This document shows positions 1-8,062 of a stretch of 64,000 nt of DNA, piece by piece. The stretch spans positions 1-64,000 of IMG/VR virus record IMGVR_UViG_3300028837_004134; one strand, 5' to 3'. Both the position numbers and the translations under genes were made by a program. Positions within the stretch are counted from its first letter, which is position 1. Each line of letters begins with the position of its first letter. Under the pieces are notes generated by a model. It was given only the letters and a program-made list of their open reading frames with translations, did not search any database and had not been told where the DNA came from. The stretch is from a virus.

Positions 1-1635
1 TCACCCGCCTATCCAGTAAGCCCTCACCTGCACCCTGGGCACCTCGACACGTTGAGCGGGCGCAGCCAGCAAGGCGTACGTGAAGGCTAGGCTGAAGTGG
101 TCTTCTCCGGTGCGGATGTATCGGTACCTCTTCTCTCCGGTCTCCTCGTTTTCCTCCAATATCTTCGCGTCTGCGGCCATGTGTTGCGCGAATTCCTCCA
201 CCAAAGCCTGACGGCGCGGCAGTATGAGTGTCCTCTCGCGGATGGCCGCCCTAGATGCGTCGAGAGCCTCTGTGCGATTCACCTGGACGGTGAGTGATTT
301 GCCGTCCCACTTGGGCCTCCCGCGCTGGTTCTCGTTGAAGAAGCAGAGGAAAACCCGTCTCGGATGCCGACGTGCGAAGTCGCGAGTGGCATGCGTCTCT
401 GGTAAGCCGTCGATCACGCACCGCTTAACCTGGAACCGGTCCATTAGACTATCGAGATCCGAGAAGTCCTCGCATTCGGCGAGGTGTATTAGGTGTTGCT
501 TCCTGCTATCTTCATCCTCCTCCCTCCGCAGAATGACTACATGCAGGCGCTTCCCCGTGTCGACTCCCATCACACAGGCTCCGCGGTCACTACGATGCAC
601 CATTGGTTTGTCGGTGCAGAGCGACAGGACAGACATGATATCCAAACGTCTCTCGAGATCAGACCAAGGAACACCGATTTTGAGGTTGTAGAATCGATCC
701 GGGAAACGTGTCGATTTATACTCGTCAAGGATTTCACTCGGATCGACCTTCGATGAAAAGAGCTGCGAGATACGGTAGCCATGGATTGATCGGTTAGGGT
801 AGTCTGCTACCCATCTTCCTTCTGCGACATCCAACTCACGGCCACATTTTGTGCATGCCAAGTAGTGTGTGCCATCCCTGTGCTGGCGGATGATCTTGAC
901 ATCCTCACCCAGCTTCATCGGGAACTCCTTCACAGGCGATGACCAGTGACCGCAATGCGGGCAACGAAGTGTCCAGTGCCGCTGGTCAGATTTCTGGTAC
1001 TGTTCATCAACACCGTAGTCAGGCAGGGAAGGATTTGACAGCTCCACCATCCGCTTATAGTCTGAATGGGCGAGACGCTCTTTCGCCATGGCCTTTGCTG
1101 CCGGCGAGGTTTCGTCCAACTCATCAAAGACGATCATGTCCGCAGGTACTGATTTCATGCCGACAGTCGATTGCATTCCCCTAAGATACAAGTACGATTC
1201 TCCGATCCTCTTCAGCCCTGCCGTGTCCGTGTCGGTCATCATCCGGGAGAGGAAGGGATTATCTGCAAGCAGCGGGCTGACACGCGACTTGGAAAACTCG
1301 ATCACATCGGTGCGCGTAGGGAAGAAGTAAACAACGTTGAGGCCGGTGAGACATGCGTGAAGGCTTCTGAGGATTGCCCAGGTTGTACCTCCGATCTGGG
1401 CAGCCTTGCTCAACACCACGTGAGGCGAGGTGTCGTCATAGATGGCCCGCAGATACTCGTGCCCCTCGAACCTGAACGGTCGGCCCTCAAGGCGGATGCG
1501 TGCGACTGCCCACTCGGCCATCGGATCACTGACGGCCCGCGTTACCGGTGTCGCCAATTCCGATGCCCTCCTCTTCAGGTAGCGCTGCGAGAATGTGGCG
1601 ACGGATGCAGTTGCGTGCTTCCTCATCTGTGACAT
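1..1635 (-). CDS. Terminase large subunit, lambda GpA-like (copy 1); true start may be downstream of the ORF start
   Basis: Walker A-like SKAAQIGGT, Walker B IVFDELDE, CPHC...CTKC zinc ribbon, C-terminal RNase H-like acidic motifs MGVDTG/VIDG/DHF; paralog of 50698..52362. Confidence 0.88.
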   Translation of the reverse strand: MSQMRKHATASVATFSQRYLKRRASELATPVTRAVSDPMAEWAVARIRLEGRPFRFEGHEYLRAIYDDTSPHVVLSKAAQIGGTTWAILRSLHACLTGLNVVYFFPTRTDVIEFSKSRVSPLLADNPFLSRMMTDTDTAGLKRIGESYLYLRGMQSTVGMKSVPADMIVFDELDETSPAAKAMAKERLAHSDYKRMVELSNPSLPDYGVDEQYQKSDQRHWTLRCPHCGHWSSPVKEFPMKLGEDVKIIRQHRDGTHYLACTKCGRELDVAEGRWVADYPNRSIHGYRISQLFSSKVDPSEILDEYKSTRFPDRFYNLKIGVPWSDLERRLDIMSVLSLCTDKPMVHRSDRGACVMGVDTGKRLHVVILRREEDEDSRKQHLIHLAECEDFSDLDSLMDRFQVKRCVIDGLPETHATRDFARRHPRRVFLCFFNENQRGRPKWDGKSLTVQVNRTEALDASRAAIRERTLILPRRQALVEEFAQHMAADAKILEENEETGEKRYRYIRTGEDHFSLAFTYALLAAPAQRVEVPRVQVRAYWIGG

Positions 1636-2089
1636 GCTCCTTCACCGCGTCTATGAACGTGTCAATCACTCGCCGAATCTCTGCCTGAGACTGGGCGCGA
1701 ATGGTCTCCTCTGTCTCGCCCCTCATCGACAGGCCCTTGGCGAGGCGTTGGCCCTTCTGTGAGCGCTCCAGGATGCCTGCGATCCGCTCAAGCTCCCGGA
1801 TATCACTCACCTTTCGACCCTTCAGAGTGTCGGCAAGCCGGGCCAGCATAAGCTCCCACAGCCGATAGTGGCGGACATTCAACGTGACTCGGTCGTTAGC
1901 GATCTTTTCCACGAACATCTCGGCGGCGCGACGATCAATCTTCAATCTCAGGTTATCCCAGTCTTCCTCCTTGCGCCACCTGCCGATGGTGTGCGGTTTG
2001 ATATGCAGCTGGCGGGCGATTTCGGCATTGGTGTCGAACTCCCCCGTGAGGAACATACCCCGCGCCCTCTCACGGAGTTTCTTTCTCAT
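1526..2089 (-). CDS. HTH protein, terminase small subunit-like (copy 1)
   Basis: N-terminal HTH NAEIARQLHIKPHTIGRWRKEEDW; immediately upstream of and overlapping terL; GGAGGAG RBS before ATG 2089. Confidence 0.65.
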   Translation of the reverse strand: MRKKLRERARGMFLTGEFDTNAEIARQLHIKPHTIGRWRKEEDWDNLRLKIDRRAAEMFVEKIANDRVTLNVRHYRLWELMLARLADTLKGRKVSDIRELERIAGILERSQKGQRLAKGLSMRGETEETIRAQSQAEIRRVIDTFIDAVKEHVTDEEARNCIRRHILAALPEEEGIGIGDTGNAGRQ

Positions 2090-2771
2090 GACGCTCCTCC
2101 ATGAAGTGCTTTGCGAGATTTGTAAGACCTCGGGCCTTGCGATCCCTGCCCGGAGTACCGTCGCTTGCAAGCTCCACTGCTTCCTCGATGATTCGTTCCT
2201 GGTCCGGCGTCACCACAAACGACAAGACACGCGGCAAGACCTTCTCCTCTTCTTCAGCTTGCTCGTCCAGCAGGGCCGCTACCTCATCGGCCGGAAACTC
2301 AAGGAGTGCGTGTAACTCCTCAAGTTGACCATCTGTCTCTGGCAGAAGGCCTGCCAAGTCGCTCAGACTCATCTCGCCAAGCAGGGCATGGATTAGCTGT
2401 GCTCGTCGGATCGGAACGTCCTGCCCTTCGAGGCGGTTCAGTGTGGCCAGTAGCAGGCTAGCTTCTCTGTCATCGACTTCCCAGATGTCGCAGAGAGCAT
2501 CTTTGTACCCTAAGTGCCGCAAAACCGCGATGCGATGATGACCGTCCAAAACCTGGTACTTGCCCGCCTGTTCAGGATGCGGGCGGACAATCAGGTACGG
2601 ATAGCGACCAGTTCGCTTGATATGCGCCGTCAGTTTCTCCCGCATTTCGTCGGACATCACATTGGCATTGAGAGGATGCGGTACAAGATCGCTCAGTGGG
2701 ATCGGCTTTGGACAGACTTGCGCCCGCTTGTGTCCAGGGGACGGTGCATGTGTTTTCGCATCCCTCATCAT
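2070..2771 (-). CDS. ParB/Srx N-terminal domain protein (copy 1)
   Basis: LVPHPLNAN...LIVRP...YQVLDGHHR motif. Confidence 0.85.
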   Translation of the reverse strand: MMRDAKTHAPSPGHKRAQVCPKPIPLSDLVPHPLNANVMSDEMREKLTAHIKRTGRYPYLIVRPHPEQAGKYQVLDGHHRIAVLRHLGYKDALCDIWEVDDREASLLLATLNRLEGQDVPIRRAQLIHALLGEMSLSDLAGLLPETDGQLEELHALLEFPADEVAALLDEQAEEEEKVLPRVLSFVVTPDQERIIEEAVELASDGTPGRDRKARGLTNLAKHFMEERHEKETP

Positions 2772-3853
2772 ATTGCATTTCTCCTTTGTCCTTGCACGAG
2801 CTTCGCATCGGGATTCCAGCCAACAAGGATGAACTCCCGATTCTGTTTTCTCTTCTCCTCAGTCGCCACCGAGGCCTTATGCATGTACTTCACCACCGTG
2901 GCGCGAACCTCCCTGCCATGCCTGCGCATCTGCCGCTCCAACTCCTCTAGCGTAACCTGAGCGTTGCCGAGACTCAGAATCCATACTGGTATGTGGCTGG
3001 CGCGTTCAAACATCCCGTTGAGTATCGATGCACCGCCCTTGGCGCTGAATGGACTTTTCGGAAGAGATGTGCCCTCCAGTATCTCATCGATTGTCCTGTA
3101 TTCCTTCTCGTAGGAAGCGACTCCAGGATACGGCGGGTCGAAGTACGCAACGTCGGCCTCAATCGACGGCAGTGATTCGACGACATCGCACTTCATGACT
3201 TTCGCTTCTCCCTGAAAGACGCCGCGATTGATCTGCTTGGCCAGCCGCCACAGCCGATCACTTCGCCCGAGTCGCAGCCCGTCGACATAATCATGCAGAC
3301 AACTCGGCGTGATAGACTCGAATTCGCCAGTTGTTAGTCGGTGGATCGTTCCTCGACGTACCGAAGACATTGCGTGAGCCAATAGCGCCACACGAATCGC
3401 GAGCAGGCGAAGAAGCGCGGCCTTGCTGGCGACCCGGGCTTCTTCGGCCGTTGTCAGGATGCGATCCAGAAGACGGGCTTGGGTAAGGGTAAACACATGC
3501 GGGACGTAACTCCTTTCAATGCGGCCCGGTTTACCACCGCCATCAATTGCGACACGCAGGATGTCTTCGCGCACCAGCCGCGTGCTGCTGTTTTCGATCA
3601 GGGCACGCCCTACGATGATCGAGCGTTCGGCAATATCTGTGGCCACAACCCTCAGACCTTGGGCTTTGGCATAAAAACTGACCGCCCCGCCGCCTAGGAA
3701 TCCGTCCAGTAGGGTCAAGTTCGGCCACGTTCGCCGCGACAATACACGGTCAAGTTCCCTGAAGATTAGAGGGCAGAGACGCCGCTTTCCACCCAGATAT
3801 GGCGGCAACGCGCTCCACATCGACAGCCTCTTCCGCCGTAAAGTCCTCTTCAT
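2768..3853 (-). CDS. DNA adenine methyltransferase (copy 1)
   Basis: PYLGGK, SAM-binding DGFLGGG, catalytic YFDPPY. Confidence 0.88.
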   Translation of the reverse strand: MKRTLRRKRLSMWSALPPYLGGKRRLCPLIFRELDRVLSRRTWPNLTLLDGFLGGGAVSFYAKAQGLRVVATDIAERSIIVGRALIENSSTRLVREDILRVAIDGGGKPGRIERSYVPHVFTLTQARLLDRILTTAEEARVASKAALLRLLAIRVALLAHAMSSVRRGTIHRLTTGEFESITPSCLHDYVDGLRLGRSDRLWRLAKQINRGVFQGEAKVMKCDVVESLPSIEADVAYFDPPYPGVASYEKEYRTIDEILEGTSLPKSPFSAKGGASILNGMFERASHIPVWILSLGNAQVTLEELERQMRRHGREVRATVVKYMHKASVATEEKRKQNREFILVGWNPDAKLVQGQRRNAI

Positions 3854-3981
3854 GATTCTCCCTCTTCTGGCCCGATACACGGTCGGAATGACTTGACTTC
3901 CAGCGAACCTGATGCCAATGTGTCAGCGCACGTAATGGTATGATATATAACAAGTTGCGCATCCAGAAAGGAGCGAATGCA

Positions 3982-4347
3982 ATGAGCGAAACACTGCACG
4001 ATGCCGCCCAGGCTTACCTGGAGCATCTGAAGACCCAGGGCAAGAAGGAGCGGACGATCTACACGTACAACAAGGATCTGGAACTCATCGAGTCCTTCTT
4101 CGGTGCTGATCGAAAACTCTCCTCGATCATGCCCGCGCATGTTGGGAGATTCTTCAAGTCTAATGCCCTTCTGAAGCTGTCCAGCGGCAAGAAGCGCGCG
4201 AAGCCGACAGTCGACAAAACCAGACGGGTATTGAGGATGCTCTTGGTCTGGGCCAAGGAGACAGGCCGAATCGATAAGCTGCCACTGCCCAAGGACACAC
4301 CGATGGGGCGGAGCGTCAAGGATATCGAGGACAATGACCAAGCCTAA
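3982..4347 (+). CDS. Stand-alone integrase N-terminal SAM-like (core-binding) domain protein (copy 1)
   Basis: YLEHLKTQGKKERTIYTY...RVLRMLLVWA pattern; no catalytic domain; AAGGAG RBS; overlaps the next gene. Confidence 0.7.
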   Translation: MSETLHDAAQAYLEHLKTQGKKERTIYTYNKDLELIESFFGADRKLSSIMPAHVGRFFKSNALLKLSSGKKRAKPTVDKTRRVLRMLLVWAKETGRIDKLPLPKDTPMGRSVKDIEDNDQA

Positions 4348-5275
4348 GACCGGTGCAGCCTGGCGAGGGCGAGATACTGACTCAATCGAGCAGGCTATCC
4401 GATCCTTCGGGCGCAGGCTCGAGGCGGATGGCCGCTCGCCGAAGACCGTAAGTGCATATTTGCGCGACCTCTCGTGCATGGCGCGGGCGTTTCGACTGCA
4501 GCATCCTGCCCTCGAGATGGACGGTATGACCAGCACCGTGATCGACGAGATACTGACTTCACCGGAGGTCACACAATCTGCCAGGGGCAGCAACAGGTCT
4601 GCTGCATCTATGCACAGATTCAAGGCGGCTATTAGGTCGTTCTTCACGTGGGCCGAACGGAGCGGCCTTGTGCGCGAGAACCCGGCTGCGTCGTTGGCCC
4701 TGCACAGACTTCCCCGCAATCCACCCCGGTTCCTCACCGAAACCGAGAAGCGAAGGCTGCTCAAGGAACTGCGAGGCAGATCAACTCTCGTCGCAGCCAG
4801 GGATCGTGTGATCATTGAACTCTTTCTCGGCACGGGCATCAGGCTGCAGGAACTCGTCAACCTGGACATTGAAAACATTGATCTTGACGCTAAACATCTC
4901 CGCGTGCGGGCCAAGGGCGGCGTACCGCAGGTGAAGTTCCTGAAGTCCAATCTACGCTCCCTCCTTCGATCCTACCTGACACAGCGCCGGCACTGGGGTG
5001 ACGAGGAATGCCCGGCATTGTTCCTGTCCAATCGCGGTGAGCGACTCTGCGAACGGCAGGTCGCCCGGAGGCTCCAGTATTGGCTCGAAGCTGCTGGCAT
5101 CCACAAGAAGCTCAGCCCGCACGGTCTCCGGCACACCTTCGCAACCCACCTCTACAGCCGAACCGGCAACATCCTCGTTGTACAGCGTGCCCTCGGCCAC
5201 CAGGACCTCTCCACAACCCAAATCTACACCCACGTCGTTGACGGCGAACTCGAGGACGCCCTCGAACGTCTCTGA
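4334..5275 (+). CDS. XerC/D-like tyrosine recombinase (copy 1)
   Basis: Complete catalytic set: GIRLQE (R), AKGG (K), HGLRH (HxxR), LGH, IYTH (Y). Confidence 0.92.
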   Translation: MTKPKTGAAWRGRDTDSIEQAIRSFGRRLEADGRSPKTVSAYLRDLSCMARAFRLQHPALEMDGMTSTVIDEILTSPEVTQSARGSNRSAASMHRFKAAIRSFFTWAERSGLVRENPAASLALHRLPRNPPRFLTETEKRRLLKELRGRSTLVAARDRVIIELFLGTGIRLQELVNLDIENIDLDAKHLRVRAKGGVPQVKFLKSNLRSLLRSYLTQRRHWGDEECPALFLSNRGERLCERQVARRLQYWLEAAGIHKKLSPHGLRHTFATHLYSRTGNILVVQRALGHQDLSTTQIYTHVVDGELEDALERL

Positions 5276-5524
5276 TCTCCGGCCTGAAAAGGGGGGCAAG
5301 CGGTCCGCCCAGACCGCTTGCGTGTTTAGATAAACAACCGAGCATTCGGCCTCATAGTCCAGACACCAATGGGACACAATACACTGGGTTTCCACGGCTA
5401 TCATGTCGCGACATATGATACCCACTGGTTTGCTGCGGAAGTCTTTTGATTCGTGAAAGCCTGTCATCGGTCGCTCCAGGTCAAGCCTCCTGCCATGTTG
5501 CCTGAATCATCTGGCAACTTCAGG

Positions 5525-5668
5525 TTTGGAGATGGGCATCGACGTTCGACTGAACCCTGATTCTGGGGCATCGCTGTTTTGGAAAGGGCCGATTTTGGGG
5601 CATACCCTTCTTGGAAACTGCCGTTTTCGGGGCATCGCCCTTCTGGAAAGGGCCAATTTTGGGGCATC
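5525..5668 (-). repeat. Degenerate tandem array, 32-bp period, 5 units
   Basis: GGGCAT[CA] starts at 5534, 5566, 5598, 5630, 5662; minus-strand unit approx. GATGCCCCAAAATYGGCCCTTTCCA. Confidence 0.85.
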
Positions 5669-5927
5669 GAAATCGTCAATGAACGGCGGATTGGTAGCTG
5701 CCGCGTGAGTTGACAGACCAGATAGTTCCCCACAGTGCAGCAGGTTATCTGCGAGTCCGCCCAGTCAGGATACTGCGAGACACGGAAAATAGCTGCAAAT
5801 CCTGCCCATGAAATGCCCCTCCACAGTGTCAAAGAACAGGGGTTATCCGAACTTCCGCCCGCCGCCGCCGCCGTAAGTCCCGGTGTTTCCGGGGTCGTTC
5901 CACAGGCCGTCCTGGTGTTATCCGCAA

Positions 5928-6434
5928 TCATTTTCGCGTTTTCGTTCCCTTCGCCGTCTTCCTGGCCGGTTTCTTCTTCGATTTGGCCAGCTTCTCCAGC
6001 AGCGCCGTGGCCCATTCAGCCGGGGTGGTCTCCGGTCCCTTGGCAGCTTCGCCTTCCCGGGCGATTTTCGTTGCCTTAAGGTCCTTCAGGTGGCAGCGGA
6101 TCATGCGGTCCAGTTTCTCGGCAGCATCCCAGTCGCCGGCTTCCTGGGCTCGCCCTAGCTTGAGAAAGTAGACCGCCACCAGTTCGACCTGCATGAAGTC
6201 AGAACTCTTGTTGAACACGAAGTCCTGGTAGAGCTGGGCGATGATAGTCTCGAAGAGGGGCTTCTCGTCCTCGGCAAGGAACCGGTTGGCATAGATGCCG
6301 TGGAGCATTGAGTTCAGGTTCCCCTCCGGTGGGCCGTGTTTCCGTTCGGCTCCCGAGTTCCGTTGCCAGCGGTCCAGATGCATCTCGTCCTTCTTGTTGA
6401 AATGGCCGTCGTCTTGTTTCGTCGTCTCTTGCAT
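5928..6434 (-). CDS. Protein with TerS-type GxPxGNxNxxxHG motif (copy 1)
   Basis: HGPPEGNLNSMLHGIYA; paralog at 56369..56845. Confidence 0.6.
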   Translation of the reverse strand: MQETTKQDDGHFNKKDEMHLDRWQRNSGAERKHGPPEGNLNSMLHGIYANRFLAEDEKPLFETIIAQLYQDFVFNKSSDFMQVELVAVYFLKLGRAQEAGDWDAAEKLDRMIRCHLKDLKATKIAREGEAAKGPETTPAEWATALLEKLAKSKKKPARKTAKGTKTRK

Positions 6435-6521
6435 GGTCCTCTCATTTGTGATCCCAAGCCGAGGTTCGGGGCGGGAGGCGAATTTCGCCCTCCTGTCGCA
6501 TCCTCACGGATGTCCCTATGG

Positions 6522-6821
6522 TTACTTACCGGAAGCTGTTTCAACCTGTCGGTTCTCGGTCTCCCTTCTGTGGGCAGCGAGTATTTGATTGACCCTTCGG
6601 GTGGTGACGCCGGAAAGTCTGGCGATCTCGCGTGTAGAAATTCCCTGGTTTTTCAGGCCAAGCACCAGTCTGCGGCGCTCGTGGTAGAAACAGGTATCGC
6701 TCGGCACCCACAGAAGGCCGGTGAAGTGCTCTTGAACAGCATGCAGGAGTTCGGACGGCAGAACGTCTTTGGCATTCGCATAGTCTCGTTTCACTTTTCT
6801 CTCCTCATTCTCCTCAGCCAT
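6522..6821 (-). CDS. Mor-like / CD3324-like HTH transcription regulator (copy 1)
   Basis: YANAKDVLPSELLHAVQEHF-GLLWVP plus C-terminal HTH STREIARLSGVTTRRVNQIL. Confidence 0.7.
   Translation of the reverse strand: MAEENEERKVKRDYANAKDVLPSELLHAVQEHFTGLLWVPSDTCFYHERRRLVLGLKNQGISTREIARLSGVTTRRVNQILAAHRRETENRQVETASGK
6523..6551 (-). promoter_or_regulatory. Element-specific bipartite promoter motif P1
   Basis: CGAC-N15-CCGGTAAGTA upstream of the 6434 gene. Confidence 0.75.
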
Positions 6822-7654
6822 GGTTGATCCACGTCTGGGTTGTAGAATCTCAGACGGTTCTCTTGCGATGTCGTTCCGACAATCTCGATTGATTGCCTGG
6901 TGACTTCGCCGACACGCACATTGTCATCCACAAAACACACCAGACCGTAGTCCTGGCCGTAAGGGAAACGAAGACATCCACGGTTCTGGTAGAGCCTAGC
7001 TTCGCTCCATCCGAGGGAAACGGCCTTGTCACGGATCGCGTTCACCTTGGCAACGGCCGATGGCGAAACCTCCTGTGTAAATGGCCAGTCGCCCTCTTTC
7101 GGGAAGAGATACTGCGGGACCGCACGAGTCGTCTTCTCCGGCGCAGCCTGTTTGGGAGGATACTGAACACCCTGTCCGAATGTCTCGAGCACCGGTGGAG
7201 AATAAGTCTTCGGGTCAAGCGACTGGATCGCAGAAAGGAGTGTACCCTCGCCGAAATGCTCCATGCCCCAGGCGCGGATATCATTAAACCGAGCGCGCAG
7301 CATCTCGAAAGCAGATGACGAAATACGTCCCGAATCTACAGCTCTCTTGGCCAATGCCATCTTGTACCTGAGCCAGGCGTAATAGTCTGGATCGAGCCGT
7401 CGGAAACAGATGTCGTCGATACCGACGTCCCGGGCGTAGTAGTGCGGCCTGTCGGTATCCCAGGATTCCAGGTTCGTCGCCGCGTAGAGGGCGGTTTCCT
7501 GCTTGGTTTCGTCCTCGTCGGGAACATCATCCTTGTCGGATTCTCGTTCTATCTTTTTCACGGAGACATTAGGGGTCGCTTCGCCTACCTCTATCGGCGT
7601 CGTGTCCCCGCCAGTCTGCTCCGTCATTATTCTCAAAAGGCTCACGTTCGGCAC
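6791..7654 (-). CDS. Conserved hypothetical protein downstream of ori (copy 1)
   Basis: Clear paralog at 58367..59200 with conserved blocks (FRRLDPDYYAWL, LRFPYGQDYGLVCFVD). Confidence 0.7.
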   Translation of the reverse strand: MPNVSLLRIMTEQTGGDTTPIEVGEATPNVSVKKIERESDKDDVPDEDETKQETALYAATNLESWDTDRPHYYARDVGIDDICFRRLDPDYYAWLRYKMALAKRAVDSGRISSSAFEMLRARFNDIRAWGMEHFGEGTLLSAIQSLDPKTYSPPVLETFGQGVQYPPKQAAPEKTTRAVPQYLFPKEGDWPFTQEVSPSAVAKVNAIRDKAVSLGWSEARLYQNRGCLRFPYGQDYGLVCFVDDNVRVGEVTRQSIEIVGTTSQENRLRFYNPDVDQPWLRRMRREK

Positions 7655-7681
7655 TCCAGTCAGTAGAATTTCCTCGTGAGA

Positions 7682-7710
7682 TACTTACCGGAACGAACCG
7701 GTTACTGCCG
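7682..7710 (-). promoter_or_regulatory. Bipartite promoter motif P2
   Basis: CGGC-N15-CCGGTAAGTA. Confidence 0.7.
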
Positions 7711-7716
7711 AAGCGA

Positions 7717-8036
7717 GAAGGTGCGAAGGGTCAAGGACAAGAAAAATACCTTCGTAGAAACCTTCGCATTGCTGTAACTGATTGATAAGACAGATAGATA
7801 AGATAAAGAGAAGGTGAAGGTGCGAAGGTAGTAGGTAGAGTTATTCACGTGTGAGCAGAGGAATACACAGGCGAACCAGTCAGGGACCGGTGACCATAAC
7901 ATGTGAGAATTTTCCTCGTGTAAGGGGGCTGACCCATGAAACCCTTCGCACCTTCGCACAATCGACGCAAGTCGTTGGGATGAACGGCATTGTAGGTGCG
8001 AAGGTCCTTCACTGTTCGCGAAGGCTACCCTTCGCA
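7717..8036. repeat. Putative replication origin: GCGAAGG/CCTTCGC iterons in both orientations (copy 1)
   Basis: Copies at about 7722, 7749, 7761, 7821, 7943, 7951, 7997, 8017, 8029 around a purine/AT-rich tract; directly downstream of the primase-helicase. Confidence 0.7.
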
Positions 8037-8062
8037 TCGTCGCTGCAGAGAGGGAGGATTCT

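Noticed and set aside
3850-4950. Long antisense ORFs (366 aa here, 419 aa at 54605-55864, and many others opposite primase, hsdR, hsdM)
   Set aside because: Shadow frames of GC-rich real genes with no recognisable motifs.
4334-5275. Element XerC-like recombinase as the integron integrase for the attC sites
   Set aside because: It lacks the IntI-specific insertion between the catalytic Lys region and HxxR, so attC recombination by it is unlikely.
5525-5668. CRISPR array (also 50584-50700)
   Set aside because: Units are contiguous and degenerate with no unique spacers, and no cas genes are in the window.
5464-6015. 183-aa ORF with MPQN-like repeats
   Set aside because: The repeat period is 32 bp, not a multiple of 3, so the pattern is a DNA repeat; the ORF is not conserved in copy 2 beyond its start.
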